Both the position numbers and the translations under genes were made by a program. Of a DNA stretch of 64,000 bases, positions 47,645 to 58,038 are shown one piece after another (positions within the stretch are counted from its first letter, which is position 1; the number at the start of each line of letters is the position of its first letter). The DNA is taken from contig CAZJCW010000001.1 in the NCBI GenBank assembly GCA_964544365.1, positions 14,127 to 78,126 of the forward strand. The letters are read 5' to 3'. The stretch is from an uncultured Alsobacter sp. GTDB lineage: Bacteria; Pseudomonadota; Alphaproteobacteria; Rhizobiales; Beijerinckiaceae. A model generated the notes under the pieces. That model saw only the letters and a list, made by a program, of their open reading frames with translations. It searched no databases and was not told the DNA's origin.

Positions 47645-48535
47645 CTAGACGAGGCCCTGCCCCGCGTCGGATCCCTTCCGCGCCTGACGGGAGCGCAGAA
47701 TGAGGATCGCCGCAAGCGCGACGCCGATGACCATGAAGGACACGGCCGTGGTGACCGTCCCCAGGGCGTAGATCTCGGGGGTCGTGACGGTGGTCGTCAG
47801 GGCCTGCAACTCCAGCGGCAGGGTGTTCTTCTCGCCGATGGATTGCGACGACCGGGCGATCTCGTCCCAGGACAGCGTGAAGCCGAACAGTCCCACGCCG
47901 ACCAGCGAGGGCATGATGATGGGAAGCAGGACGTAGCGGAAGGTCTGCCACGGCGTCGCCCCGAGGTCGCGGGCGGCCTCCTCCAGCCGGTGGTCGAAGC
48001 GGTTGAAGATCGCGAACATGATGAGCAGGCCGAAGGGCAGCGTCCATGTGAGGTGCGCGCCCATGCCGGACGTGTAGAGGCCCATCGCCGTCGTGTACCC
48101 GTCGGCGAGCCACTCGGGACCATGGTTGCGGATCGTGTCGTCCATGAGCCGGAACTGCAGGGCGATGCCCAGCGAGGTGACGATGGAGGGAACGATCAGG
48201 CTGGCGATGGTGACGTAGAAGACGATGTTCTGGCCGAAGAACCGCTTGCGATAGGCGAGGCCGGCCAAGACCGACACGACGACCGTGACCGCCATCACGG
48301 TCAGGCTCATGAACACCGAGCGCACGAACGCGCCCTTGATGTCGACGATGCCGCCGCCCGTCCACAGCTTGCGGAACCAGTGAAGCGAGAGGCCGCGCAG
48401 CGGGAAGGTGAGTCCGCCTTCCGGCCCCTGGAACGACAGCACGAAGATCGCGATCATCGGGCCGTAGAGGAACAGCACGAAGGCGCCGAAGAACAGGGCC
48501 AGCCAGTAGAACGAGGCGGGTCTGCCCTCTCTCAT
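47645..48535 (-). CDS. ABC transporter permease (PotC-like)
   Basis: Six hydrophobic segments; EAA loop LEEAARDLGATPWQTFRYVLLPIIMPS. Confidence 0.88.
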   Translation of the reverse strand: MREGRPASFYWLALFFGAFVLFLYGPMIAIFVLSFQGPEGGLTFPLRGLSLHWFRKLWTGGGIVDIKGAFVRSVFMSLTVMAVTVVVSVLAGLAYRKRFFGQNIVFYVTIASLIVPSIVTSLGIALQFRLMDDTIRNHGPEWLADGYTTAMGLYTSGMGAHLTWTLPFGLLIMFAIFNRFDHRLEEAARDLGATPWQTFRYVLLPIIMPSLVGVGLFGFTLSWDEIARSSQSIGEKNTLPLELQALTTTVTTPEIYALGTVTTAVSFMVIGVALAAILILRSRQARKGSDAGQGLV

Positions 48536-48585
48536 GGCCGTTCGGGCCCCGTCACGTGAAGTCCGGCGTCACGGCTCCCCATCGC

Positions 48586-49515
48586 TCACAGCTCCTTGCG
48601 GATGTCGACGAAGCGGTTCATCGCCGTGATGATGAGCATGACGGCCGCCAGCAGGATGACGGCATTGGCCGCGGCCGGCGGGAACTGCAGCGCGTTGAGC
48701 CGTGTCTCGATGATCTTGCCCGCCGAGGCGATCTGCTGGCCGCCCATCACGCCGACGGTGACGAAGTCGCCCATGACGATGGTGATGACGAAGATCGAGC
48801 CGATGACGATGCCGGGCTTGGACAGCGGGATCACCACGTTCCACAACGTCTGCCACCCGGACGCTCCCGCATCGTAGGCGGCCTCGATCAGGCGCTTGTC
48901 GATGCGCGCCATGGAATTGAAGATCGGGATGACCATGAAGAACGTGAACAGGTGGACGAAGGCGAGGACCACCGCGAAGTCGGAATAGAGCAGCCACTCC
49001 ACCGGCTCCTTCACGATCCCCATCTTGATCAGACCCTGGTTGACCAGCCCGTTTCGGCCGAGCAGCGGGATCCACGAGATCATGCGGATCACGTTCGAGG
49101 TCCAGAACGGGATCGTGCAGATCACCGCGAGCGTCATCTGCACCGTGAGCGAGCGGACGTGGAACGCGAGGAAGTAGGCGATGGTGAAGCCGATGACGAG
49201 CGTCAGGATCCAGACGAGGAAGCAGAACTTCACCGTCGACCAGTAGGTCTTCAGGATCGTGCACAGCTCCGGCAGCGCCTCGTAGCACCCCTCGAAGGTC
49301 TCGACGTAGCTGCGCGTCGTGAAGCCGGGAAGGATGGCGTACTCGTTGTAGTCCCAGAAGCTCACCATCACGACGAAGCCGAGCGGGATGATGAAGAACA
49401 GCGCGAAGACGAGCGCGAGAGGGCTTGCCTGGACCCAGGCGGGAAGCGTGAACGGCTGGCCGGTCTTCACGGGCGCTGGGCTCTCGGCTGGGTGGAAAGC
49501 GGGAGGCGCCGTCAT
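48586..49515 (-). CDS. ABC transporter permease (PotB-like)
   Basis: ATG 49515; TTG 49542 is the longest ORF start. EAA loop: LIEAAYDAGASGWQTLWNVVIPLSKPG. Confidence 0.86.
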   Translation of the reverse strand: MTAPPAFHPAESPAPVKTGQPFTLPAWVQASPLALVFALFFIIPLGFVVMVSFWDYNEYAILPGFTTRSYVETFEGCYEALPELCTILKTYWSTVKFCFLVWILTLVIGFTIAYFLAFHVRSLTVQMTLAVICTIPFWTSNVIRMISWIPLLGRNGLVNQGLIKMGIVKEPVEWLLYSDFAVVLAFVHLFTFFMVIPIFNSMARIDKRLIEAAYDAGASGWQTLWNVVIPLSKPGIVIGSIFVITIVMGDFVTVGVMGGQQIASAGKIIETRLNALQFPPAAANAVILLAAVMLIITAMNRFVDIRKEL

Positions 49516-49584
49516 GCCCCCGCGCGAGGGACATGACGGCAATCCGGTCCTCTCCCCGCAGGCGGGGAGAGGAGGCTCAGGGCA

Positions 49585-50883
49585 TCAGGCCGCGATGAAC
49601 TCGTTCCACTTGCGGACCATGTAGTCGTTCTCGTCCATGACGGCGTTCCAGCAGGCCACGGAACCCATGCGGTCGTCGTAGGAGCCGCCGTCGCGCTTGG
49701 AGCCGGCCTTCTCGAGGAGCGAGCCGTCGGGCGCCTTGACGTCGTTCTTGGCGGCCTTGCCTTCCATCCAGAAGCCCCACTCGTCCTCGGTCATGTTCTT
49801 CTTGGCCGTGGACAGGACCGCCGAGTAGTAGCCCTGGCGGTTGAGGTAGGCGCCGGCCCAGCCGGACAGGAACCAGTTGACGAACTCGTAGGCCCATTCC
49901 TGCTTCTTGCCGGACACGCCCTTCGACACGCAGAAGCCCGACGCCCAGGAGCGATAGCCCTCCTTGAGCGGCTGGAACACGCAGGGGATGCCCTTCGAGC
50001 GCACGGCCGTCACGGCCGGCGACCACATCGACTGGATGACCGTCTCGCCGGACGCCATCAGGTTCACGGACTCGTTGAAGTCCTTCCAGAAGGCGCGGAA
50101 CTGGCCGGACTTCTTGGCCTCGGTGAGGACCTTCATGGTGAGGTCGATCTCGGCCTTCGTCATGTTGCCCTTGTCGGGATACTTGTAGAGGCCGGCCGCC
50201 TCGACGACCATCGCGGCGTCCATGATGCCGATCGACGGGATGTTGAGGATGGAGGCCTTGCCCTTGAACTCGGGGTTCAGCAGCTCCTTCCAGCTCTCGA
50301 TCGGACGCTTGATCAGGTCCGGACGGATGCCGAGCGTGTCGGCGTTGTAGACGGTCGGGATCAGCGTCACCCACTCCGTCACGCCCTTGGCGAAGGTCGT
50401 GGAGTCACGGCCTTCGAGGAACATCACCTTCTTGGGCGCCGTGCCCTGGTCGCCGATCTTCTTGCCGCTGGGCAGCTCGCCCTTCGTGAAGACCGGAGTG
50501 ATGTTGTTGAATTCCTTGATCTTCTTCGCGTCGAGCGCGAGGATGTTCTTGGACGGGATCAGCTTCTTCAGGCTGAAGTACTCGGTGTCGAGCACGTCGA
50601 AGGAGTTCGGCTGGGTGATGACGCGCTTGGTGACGTCGTCCGTCGTCGCCGAGATGTATTCCAGCGTGATGCCGGTGTCCTTGAAGAGCTGCTTGTTGAT
50701 GTCGTCGGACTGGTTCACCGCCGTGCCGAGATAGCGCAGCACCTTCTTCTCCTGCGAGAAGACGGCGGGGAAGCCGGTGATCGCGCCCGAGCCGGCAGCG
50801 ACGCCCGCAGCCGCGCCGGCCGTCTTCAGGATCGTGCGGCGGGAAACGCCCGCCTTCGTCTTGCCCTCAGTATGGTCGGTCAT
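49585..50883 (-). CDS. ABC transporter substrate-binding protein (PotD/PotF-like) with a Tat-type signal
   Basis: SRRTILKTAGAAAGVAAGSGAITGFPAVFS twin-Arg-like leader, followed by a bilobed SBP-like sequence. Confidence 0.85.
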   Translation of the reverse strand: MTDHTEGKTKAGVSRRTILKTAGAAAGVAAGSGAITGFPAVFSQEKKVLRYLGTAVNQSDDINKQLFKDTGITLEYISATTDDVTKRVITQPNSFDVLDTEYFSLKKLIPSKNILALDAKKIKEFNNITPVFTKGELPSGKKIGDQGTAPKKVMFLEGRDSTTFAKGVTEWVTLIPTVYNADTLGIRPDLIKRPIESWKELLNPEFKGKASILNIPSIGIMDAAMVVEAAGLYKYPDKGNMTKAEIDLTMKVLTEAKKSGQFRAFWKDFNESVNLMASGETVIQSMWSPAVTAVRSKGIPCVFQPLKEGYRSWASGFCVSKGVSGKKQEWAYEFVNWFLSGWAGAYLNRQGYYSAVLSTAKKNMTEDEWGFWMEGKAAKNDVKAPDGSLLEKAGSKRDGGSYDDRMGSVACWNAVMDENDYMVRKWNEFIAA

Positions 50884-50910
50884 GCGCCTGCTCCTGTGTG
50901 GTCCGTCGCG

Positions 50911-51897
<987 letters not shown>

Positions 51898-52129
51898 GCC
51901 GTCACTCCTTGCGGTGACGACTGGTTTACAAGGGCTGTGCCAACGCCCCCGGCTCCGTCATTTCCACAGAATCCAACTGATGAATCGACGGAAATTGCAG
52001 ATCCCACCTGCTGAACCGCGAGGTCGGGTGCCCAATAATCCGGCAGTTGGATACGAGACGATCATCGATCGTATACAAATCGCCCATCGGTTTCGGCGAT
52101 CGCCATGGCACACTGGCCCGGCAACAGGA

Positions 52130-52825
52130 ATGGCCGGATCCGTGACAGACGAGACGAGGACGGACAGGGCTTCCGACATCGCCGACGCCATCATCCGCGC
52201 CGTCGTCGAGCATCGGCTGCCGCCGGGCACGCGGCTCGGGGAAGACGATCTGGGCGCCACCTTCGGTGTCAGCCGCACCATCGTGCGGGCCGCCCTTCGC
52301 ATGCTGGCGCGCGACGCCATCGTGACGATCAGGCCGAACCGGGGCGCCGCCATTGCCTCGCCGTCCGTGGCGGAGGCCCGGCAGGTGTTCCATGCCCGCC
52401 GCGTGATCGAGACGGCGTTGATCCGCGAGGCGGCGGCCATGGTGCAGGCCGGGGACATCGCGACATTGCGCCTGCACCTGGCGGAGGAAGACCGCGCGCT
52501 GCGGGACGGCGACCGCCCGGCGGCCATCCGCCTCTCGGGCGACTTTCACCTTCGCATCGCCGCGATCCCGAAGCAGGAGGTGCTGGCCGCGTTCCTGCGC
52601 GAGCTGATCTCGCGCTCGGCCCTCGTCATCGCCCTCTACGGCCGCACCGGCGCCTCGCAATGCGGAACGCACGACCACGCCGATCTCGTCGACGCGTTGC
52701 GCGCCCGCGACGGCGAGCGCGCGGCGCGGCTCATGGCCGAGCACCTGTCGCACGTCGAAGGCGACCTCGACCTCCAGATCGCGGTACAGCCCGGCGTGGA
52801 CCTGCGCACCGTGCTCCGCGGCTGA
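52130..52825 (+). CDS. GntR-family transcriptional regulator (FCD type)
   Basis: ATG 52130 (start uncertain; the ORF opens at 51803). wHTH LGEDDLGATFGVSRTIVRAALRMLARDAIVTIRPNRGAAI. It is divergent from the PotA-like operon. Confidence 0.85.
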   Translation: MAGSVTDETRTDRASDIADAIIRAVVEHRLPPGTRLGEDDLGATFGVSRTIVRAALRMLARDAIVTIRPNRGAAIASPSVAEARQVFHARRVIETALIREAAAMVQAGDIATLRLHLAEEDRALRDGDRPAAIRLSGDFHLRIAAIPKQEVLAAFLRELISRSALVIALYGRTGASQCGTHDHADLVDALRARDGERAARLMAEHLSHVEGDLDLQIAVQPGVDLRTVLRG

Positions 52826-52891
52826 GGGGCGGCATGAAAAAGGGCGGCCACGCGGGCCGCCCCTGGCTTGTTTCGACCGGCAGGAGCCGCG

Positions 52892-53596
52892 TCAGGAAAC
52901 CTTGGTGACGAAGCTGCCGAGGCCGTCGACATGGCCTTCCATCACGTCGCCGCGCACGATCGCGCCGACGCCGGACGGCGTGCCGGACATGATGAGGTCG
53001 CCGGGGTGCAGCTCGAACAGGCCGGACAGGTAGGAGATCATCTCCGGCACCTTCCAGATCATCTGGTTGAGGTCGCCCTGCTGGCGGACCTCGCCATTGA
53101 CCTTCAGCCAGATCGCGCCCTGCGCGAGGTGGCCGACGACGGCCGCCGGGACGATCTCGCCCATCGGGGCCGAGTGCTCGAACGCCTTGGCGATCTCCCA
53201 CGGGCGACCGGCCTTCTTGCACTCGTCCTGCAGGTCGCGGCGCGTCATGTCCAGGCCGACGGCATAGCCGTAGACGTGATCCAGCGCCTTCTCCAGCGGG
53301 ATGTCCTTGCCGCCCTTGCCGAGCGCCACGACCATCTCGATCTCGTGGTGGACGTTGTTGCTGCGCGGCGGATAGGGGAAGTCCGCGCCGCCCGTCACCA
53401 CCGTGTTCGGGTTCTTCTGGAAGAAGAAGGGCGCCTCGCGGTTCGGATCGCCGCCCATCTCGATGGCGTGCGCGGCATAGTTGCGGCCGACGCAGTAGAT
53501 CCGGTGCACGGGGAACCGCGCGCTGGTGCCGCGGACGGGGACCGTGACGGTCTCCGGCGCCGGCACGACGTAGGACTGGGGCGTGGCGATGTTCAT
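52892..53596 (-). CDS. fumarylacetoacetate hydrolase (FAH) family protein
   Basis: ATG 53596 with AAGGA upstream. Motifs: IYCVGRNYAAHAIEMG, HHEIEMVVALG, DLIMSGTPSGVG. Confidence 0.88.
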   Translation of the reverse strand: MNIATPQSYVVPAPETVTVPVRGTSARFPVHRIYCVGRNYAAHAIEMGGDPNREAPFFFQKNPNTVVTGGADFPYPPRSNNVHHEIEMVVALGKGGKDIPLEKALDHVYGYAVGLDMTRRDLQDECKKAGRPWEIAKAFEHSAPMGEIVPAAVVGHLAQGAIWLKVNGEVRQQGDLNQMIWKVPEMISYLSGLFELHPGDLIMSGTPSGVGAIVRGDVMEGHVDGLGSFVTKVS

Positions 53597-53631
53597 CTTG
53601 CGGGATCCTTGTTCAGCAAGAGGGGAAGGGG

Positions 53632-54384
53632 TCAGCGCGAGGCCGCGAAGTAACTGAAGTGCTTCTCCAGCCGGGCCAGCAGCTCGTTGAGGATGAACGC
53701 GAAGGCGAACAGCACCAGCAGCAGCGCCCAGAAGTGCTCCATCAGGAAGTGGGACTGGTAGACCTCGAACAGCGTGCCGAAGCCGACCACGGAGACGAGC
53801 AGCTGGCCGATGATCACGCCCTTCACCGCGCGTATCACGCCGAGCCGGATTCCGGCCAGGATTTCCGGCAGCGCCGCCCAGACATAGATCCGCGTGAACG
53901 CCTGCCACTCGTTGGCGCCGAAGCTGCGCGCCATCTCCACCAGCGAGGGGGAGATCGCCTTCACGCCGGCCCGCGTGTTCAGCACGATGATCCACATGGC
54001 GAAGAGCACCACGGTGAGGATGATCGTCGTCTCGCCGAGGCCGAAGATGACCATGATCACCGGTACGAGCGCGCTCAGCGGGGCGGAGAGGAACAGGTTC
54101 ACCCAGGGCAGCAGGAGCCGGTCGGCGATCACCGAGCGGCCCATGAGGATCCCGAGCGGGATGCCGACGAGGATCGCGATGGCGTTGCCGCTGAAGAAGG
54201 CGCGCCCGGTGATCAGCAGCGCCTCGCCGAAGGACGGCGTCGGCACGATCTCGAAAACCCGGAAGATGATGGCCGACAGCGGCGGCAGGATGAAGCCGGC
54301 CTCCGTGTGGCCGACGATTTCCCACAGGACGGCCCAGACGATCAGGGCCGACATCATCGGAAGCTGGAACCCGGCGATCACCAT
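53632..54384 (-). CDS. ABC transporter permease (NitT/TauT family)
   Basis: Hydrophobic protein of 250 aa; EAA loop LVEMARSFGANEWQAFTRIYVWAALPE. Confidence 0.88.
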   Translation of the reverse strand: MVIAGFQLPMMSALIVWAVLWEIVGHTEAGFILPPLSAIIFRVFEIVPTPSFGEALLITGRAFFSGNAIAILVGIPLGILMGRSVIADRLLLPWVNLFLSAPLSALVPVIMVIFGLGETTIILTVVLFAMWIIVLNTRAGVKAISPSLVEMARSFGANEWQAFTRIYVWAALPEILAGIRLGVIRAVKGVIIGQLLVSVVGFGTLFEVYQSHFLMEHFWALLLVLFAFAFILNELLARLEKHFSYFAASR

Positions 54385-54395
54385 TCGCGTATGCC

Positions 54396-55220
54396 TCAGT
54401 CGAGATAGCGCTTGAGCTGTTGCCAGATGTCTTCGACGGCGTCGAGATAGGCGCTGTCCCGGCGGATCTTCTCGGGATCGTCGCCGCGCACGATCTTCGG
54501 CTCGATGATCGCCGACACCCGGCTCGGCCGGCGCGAGAGCAGGACGATCCGGTCCGAGACGTAGACCGCCTCCTCGATGCTGTGCGTGACGAAGAGGAAG
54601 GTCTTGCCCTCCTTCGCCACGAGCTCGAGCAGCTCCTCCTGGAACTTGCGCCGGGTCTGCTCGTCGACGGCCGAGAAGGGCTCGTCCATCATGACGACCT
54701 TCGAGTCGACCGCGAGCGCCCGCGCCAGGCCGACACGCTGGCGCATGCCTCCGGACAGCTCGTGCGGATACTTGTACTCGAAGCCCTTGAGCCCGACCCG
54801 CGCGATGTGGCGCTCGGCGATGGCCTCGCGCTCGGACCGCGCCATGCCCCGCAGTTCAAGTCCGAAGGCCACGTTGCGCAGCACGCTGGCCCAGGGCATC
54901 AGCGCGAAGTCCTGGAACACGAAGGACCGCTCCGGTCCCGGTCCGGTCACTTCCCGCCCGTCCACGAGCACCTGGCCGCCGCTGGCCGGGATGAGGCCGG
55001 CGATGATCTTGAGCAGCGTGGTCTTGCCGCAGCCGGACGGGCCGAGCAGGGTCGTCAGCCGGCCTTCGGGAAACTCCAGCGAGATCCCGCTCAGCGCCTC
55101 GACGCCACCGGCATAGGTCTTCGTCACGTTCCGCACCTCGACGATGGCGCGCGGCGCGGCGGAGACTGTCGGCGGCGGCGGGGCGGCCGTGCCGGAAGAG
55201 GCGATGTGACTGACGCTCAT
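54396..55220 (-). CDS. ABC transporter ATP-binding protein (NitT/TauT family)
   Basis: ATG 55220 forms an ATGA overlap with the upstream permease stop. Motifs: [38 protein letters not shown]. Confidence 0.92.
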   Translation of the reverse strand: MSVSHIASSGTAAPPPPTVSAAPRAIVEVRNVTKTYAGGVEALSGISLEFPEGRLTTLLGPSGCGKTTLLKIIAGLIPASGGQVLVDGREVTGPGPERSFVFQDFALMPWASVLRNVAFGLELRGMARSEREAIAERHIARVGLKGFEYKYPHELSGGMRQRVGLARALAVDSKVVMMDEPFSAVDEQTRRKFQEELLELVAKEGKTFLFVTHSIEEAVYVSDRIVLLSRRPSRVSAIIEPKIVRGDDPEKIRRDSAYLDAVEDIWQQLKRYLD

Positions 55221-56038
55221 GGGCGCTTCTCCGGCCGGAACAGGCTCACTTCGACCCGCTCCAGCAATTCGATGAACAGGACCGCGAAGACGATGATCGA
55301 CAGGATCGCCGCATACATCTTCGGGTAGTCGGCGACCGACTGGTTGTAGGAGATGATGTCCCCGATCCCCGTCGGCGTGATGAGCAGTTCGGCGAGGATG
55401 ACGCCGATGAAGGCCGCCGCGCTGCCGAGCCGCAGACCCGAAAAGATCATCGGGCTCGCCGACGGCAGGATCACGTGCCGGATCGATTGGCCGCGCGATG
55501 CCAGGAACGACCGCGACATCTCCAGCAAGGACTGCGGCGTGTTGCGCACGGCGCCCAGCGTGTTGAGCACGATCACCGGCATGGCCATGATGCACACCGT
55601 CAGCACCTTCGCCGTGAGGCCGATGCCGTAGGCGAAGGTCAGCACCGGGATCAGCGCCGCCAGCGGCGCGGCCTGCGCGATGATGAAGATCGGCGCGATC
55701 AGCCACTCCGATGGCCGGTGCAGTCCCATCAGGACGCCGAGACCCACGCCGAGGACGACCGAGACCGAGAGGCCGATCAGGAGGGGCTTCAGCGTGATCA
55801 GGAAGGCCTTGCCCAGCGATCCGTCGGCCGCGATGTCGCGAAGCCCGACCAGGGTCTCGAGGAACGTCGGAAACGCGGCGCTGAGCGGAATGCGGCCGGC
55901 GTATTCCCACAATCCGAGAACGGCCGCGAACGACACGATGCGAAGCACCAGCGGATGGATGAGCACGTCCGTCAGCCTGGTTGCCTCCCGGGCAGGGGGA
56001 AGTGCGGCGACGGTCGGTGCGACGTCGGTGGTTTGCAC
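55217..56038 (-). CDS. ABC transporter permease (NitT/TauT family)
   Basis: GTG 56038 is provisional; the ORF opens at 56407 but overlaps the SBP gene. EAA loop: LLEMSRSFLASRGQSIRHVILPSASP. Confidence 0.82.
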   Translation of the reverse strand: MQTTDVAPTVAALPPAREATRLTDVLIHPLVLRIVSFAAVLGLWEYAGRIPLSAAFPTFLETLVGLRDIAADGSLGKAFLITLKPLLIGLSVSVVLGVGLGVLMGLHRPSEWLIAPIFIIAQAAPLAALIPVLTFAYGIGLTAKVLTVCIMAMPVIVLNTLGAVRNTPQSLLEMSRSFLASRGQSIRHVILPSASPMIFSGLRLGSAAAFIGVILAELLITPTGIGDIISYNQSVADYPKMYAAILSIIVFAVLFIELLERVEVSLFRPEKRP

Positions 56039-56118
56039 GGGCGCGGGCCTGTTTGCGGTATCGAGGGTGGTTGGACGCGTGGCCGGCCGATGCCGGCCAC
56101 GCGGTTGAGTTCGTCCGG

Positions 56119-57108
56119 TCAGCTTCCGACGGCCTTGCGCGCCTTCTCGAGCGGAGCGAGGTACCAGAAGTCCTCGACCTTCAGATCCGCGGCCGGGCCC
56201 TGCATCTGGCCGGCCTCGGTGTAGAACTCGAAGTCGGCCTTGGCGACGTCCGCGTTGCCGCCGAGCGGCGAGTACACGCCTTCCTTGGTCGCGACCGTGT
56301 AGAAGGCGGTGATCTTCTCCAGAACCTCCTTCGGCTGGTCGGCCATCAGCTTCCGCTTGGCGCGCTCCTGCTCGACGATCTCGGGGGTCTTGGCCATCTC
56401 GACCCACAGCCGCAGGAACTCGGTCACGATGATGTCGACCTGCTTCTCGTTCTTCTGGATCCAGTCGATGTTGCCGAACAGCGTCTCGTCGGAGGCCGGC
56501 TGGCTGACGCCGGGGAGGATGTGGAAGCGGTCGCCCGCCTTCTCCATCAGCAGGTTCTTGTTCGCGAGGTCGACGATCGTGGCGTTGATCTGGCCCTTCA
56601 TCATGCCGATCACGCGGTTCTCCGAGCCGGGAACGTAGCTGCGCTCGCCGAACTGGATGCCTTCGCGCTTGGCGATGATGTTGCCGATGGCCTCGGTGCC
56701 GGTCGCCCGCGCGTGGAAGGTGATCGGCTGCCCGTTCATGTCCTTCCAGGTCTTGTACTTCTTGTCGGCGACCGGGAAGAACACGAGGCGCGTGCCCTGG
56801 AAGAGGATGCGCAGCGGCGCCTTGCTCTTCTGGACCACCGCGTACGGCGTGCCGACGCCGAGGTCAGCCTGCCCGTTGATCACCGCCTGGATCGCGAGGT
56901 CTTCCTTCGCGAAGTGGGTGACCTGATAGTCGACGCCCTTCTCCTTGGCGCGCTCGAGCGCGATGATCATCGACAGGGTTTCGGTCGACAGGACGTCACC
57001 GAGAGCCACGCGGACCTTGGTCTGCGCCTGAGCCGGAGCCGCCACCATCAGCGCGGCAAGGCCAGCCGCACCGAGCGTCGCACCCAGGATTCTTTCTTTC
57101 CATGCCAT
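56119..57108 (-). CDS. ABC transporter substrate-binding protein (NMT1/THI5-like, NitT/TauT family)
   Basis: Signal peptide MAWKERILGATLGAAGLAALMVAAPAQA, followed by KVRVALGDVLSTETL. Confidence 0.85.
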   Translation of the reverse strand: MAWKERILGATLGAAGLAALMVAAPAQAQTKVRVALGDVLSTETLSMIIALERAKEKGVDYQVTHFAKEDLAIQAVINGQADLGVGTPYAVVQKSKAPLRILFQGTRLVFFPVADKKYKTWKDMNGQPITFHARATGTEAIGNIIAKREGIQFGERSYVPGSENRVIGMMKGQINATIVDLANKNLLMEKAGDRFHILPGVSQPASDETLFGNIDWIQKNEKQVDIIVTEFLRLWVEMAKTPEIVEQERAKRKLMADQPKEVLEKITAFYTVATKEGVYSPLGGNADVAKADFEFYTEAGQMQGPAADLKVEDFWYLAPLEKARKAVGS

Positions 57109-57141
57109 GCCGTCATCCTCCCCAAATGGCGCCGATCGATT

Positions 57142-57153
57142 GACCGATCGGTC
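57142..57153. promoter_or_regulatory. perfect 12-bp palindrome GACCGATCGGTC
   Basis: Read directly. CCGATCG also occurs 12 bp upstream (57132..57138). The site lies in the 5' leader of the NitT/TauT operon (minus strand). Confidence 0.4.
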
Positions 57154-57155
57154 GC

Positions 57156-57174
57156 AACCAATACTGTTTTGGTT
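57156..57174. promoter_or_regulatory. inverted repeat AACCAA-N7-TTGGTT (candidate GntR operator)
   Basis: Perfect 6-bp arms. It abuts the -10 element of the predicted minus-strand promoter and would cover the transcription start. Confidence 0.45.
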
Positions 57175-57202
57175 ATTCTGGGGGAACGAAAGCGCCTGTC
57201 AA
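57175..57202 (-). promoter_or_regulatory. sigma70-like promoter TTGACA-N16-CAGAAT for the NitT/TauT operon
   Basis: On the minus strand, the -35 TTGACA is 57202..57197, the spacer is 16 nt and the -10 CAGAAT is 57180..57175. The -10 hexamer ends 66 nt upstream of the SBP ATG (57108). Confidence 0.5.
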
Positions 57203-57239
57203 GGGCTTGCAGCGCAAGAATCCTGCGCGAGAGATGCGC

Positions 57240-57260
57240 CAACCAATCCGGCAATGGTTG
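57240..57260. promoter_or_regulatory. inverted repeat CAACCA-N9-TGGTTG (second AACCA/TGGTT site)
   Basis: Perfect 6-bp arms with the same half-site as 57156..57174. Its right end is 55 bp upstream of the GntR gene start at 57316. Confidence 0.4.
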
Positions 57261-57315
57261 AGTTTTTCGCGACGCTGTGGAATCAGTTACGAAACGAGCT
57301 GTTTCGGGATTTTCG

Positions 57316-58011
57316 ATGGACGATCGCGTCAATCCACCGCCCTATCTGGCGATCTCCGGCGTCCTGGCGCAGCTTCGCGGCTACCTCGCTTCCGCCGCGC
57401 TGCCGGATGACGGACGGCTGCCGCCTGAGCGTGAACTGGCGGATGTCCTCGGCGTGACGCGCGCCGAGGTCCGCAAGGGGCTCGCCGTCCTCGAAAGCGA
57501 GGGGCAGATCTGGCGGCATGTCGGCAAGGGCACGTTCCTCGGCAGCAGACCGCCGCAGCTCGTGCACGTCTCCGACCTCGCGCAGCGGTCGAACCCGCTG
57601 CAGGTCATGAAGGCGCGCATCGCGCTCGAGCCTGAACTGACCCGCCTCGCGGCCGTCAACGGCACCGCGGCGGATCTCGCCACGCTGGCCGAGATCGCGG
57701 TAGCCTGCCGCGATGCGGAGACGTGGCGCGAGTACGAAGCCTTCGACTCCCGGTTCCACCACCAGATCGCCGAGGCGGCGCACAACCCCATTCTCCTGGC
57801 TCTGCTCGAAACCCTGAACGCCGTGCGCCGCGCGGTGACCTGGGGGCGCGCGCGGCCGAGCCACAGCCGGCCGCCCGCGGACCATCACAGCTTCGCCGAC
57901 CATGACCGGATCGTCGACGCCCTGTCGCACCGGGAACCCGGCGCCGCGGCGGACGCGATGCGGCACCATCTCCAGAATGTCGAGGACCGGCTGGTCGGCC
58001 GCCTGGGGTGA
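57316..58011 (+). CDS. GntR-family transcriptional regulator (FadR/FCD type)
   Basis: ATG 57316. wHTH LPPERELADVLGVTRAEVRKGLAVLESEGQIWRHVGKGTFL plus an FCD-like C-terminus (FHHQIAEAAHNPIL). Confidence 0.9.
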   Translation: MDDRVNPPPYLAISGVLAQLRGYLASAALPDDGRLPPERELADVLGVTRAEVRKGLAVLESEGQIWRHVGKGTFLGSRPPQLVHVSDLAQRSNPLQVMKARIALEPELTRLAAVNGTAADLATLAEIAVACRDAETWREYEAFDSRFHHQIAEAAHNPILLALLETLNAVRRAVTWGRARPSHSRPPADHHSFADHDRIVDALSHREPGAAADAMRHHLQNVEDRLVGRLG

Positions 58012-58038
58012 GACGACGGCCCGCCACCGGCGGAAGGC

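Noticed and set aside
46239-48559. Two very long ORFs (minus 46239..48365, 708 aa; plus 46322..48559, 745 aa)
   Set aside because: They overlap the hydantoinase and PotC-like permease genes out of frame or antisense. The composition is Arg/Pro/His/Asp-rich and low-complexity, while the in-frame genes carry HxH and EAA-loop motifs.
49577-50374. 265-codon minus-strand ORF inside the PotD-like SBP gene
   Set aside because: It is an out-of-frame overlap with a gene that has a Tat leader and SBP-like sequence, and its translation is Gly/Arg/Asp-rich.
57109-57260. TPP (THI-box) riboswitch in the leader of the NMT1/THI5-like SBP operon
   Set aside because: I looked for the conserved CUGAGA and ACCUGAUCUGGAUAAUGCCAGCG-like elements on the minus strand and found neither. 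The leader is short if the predicted promoter is correct.
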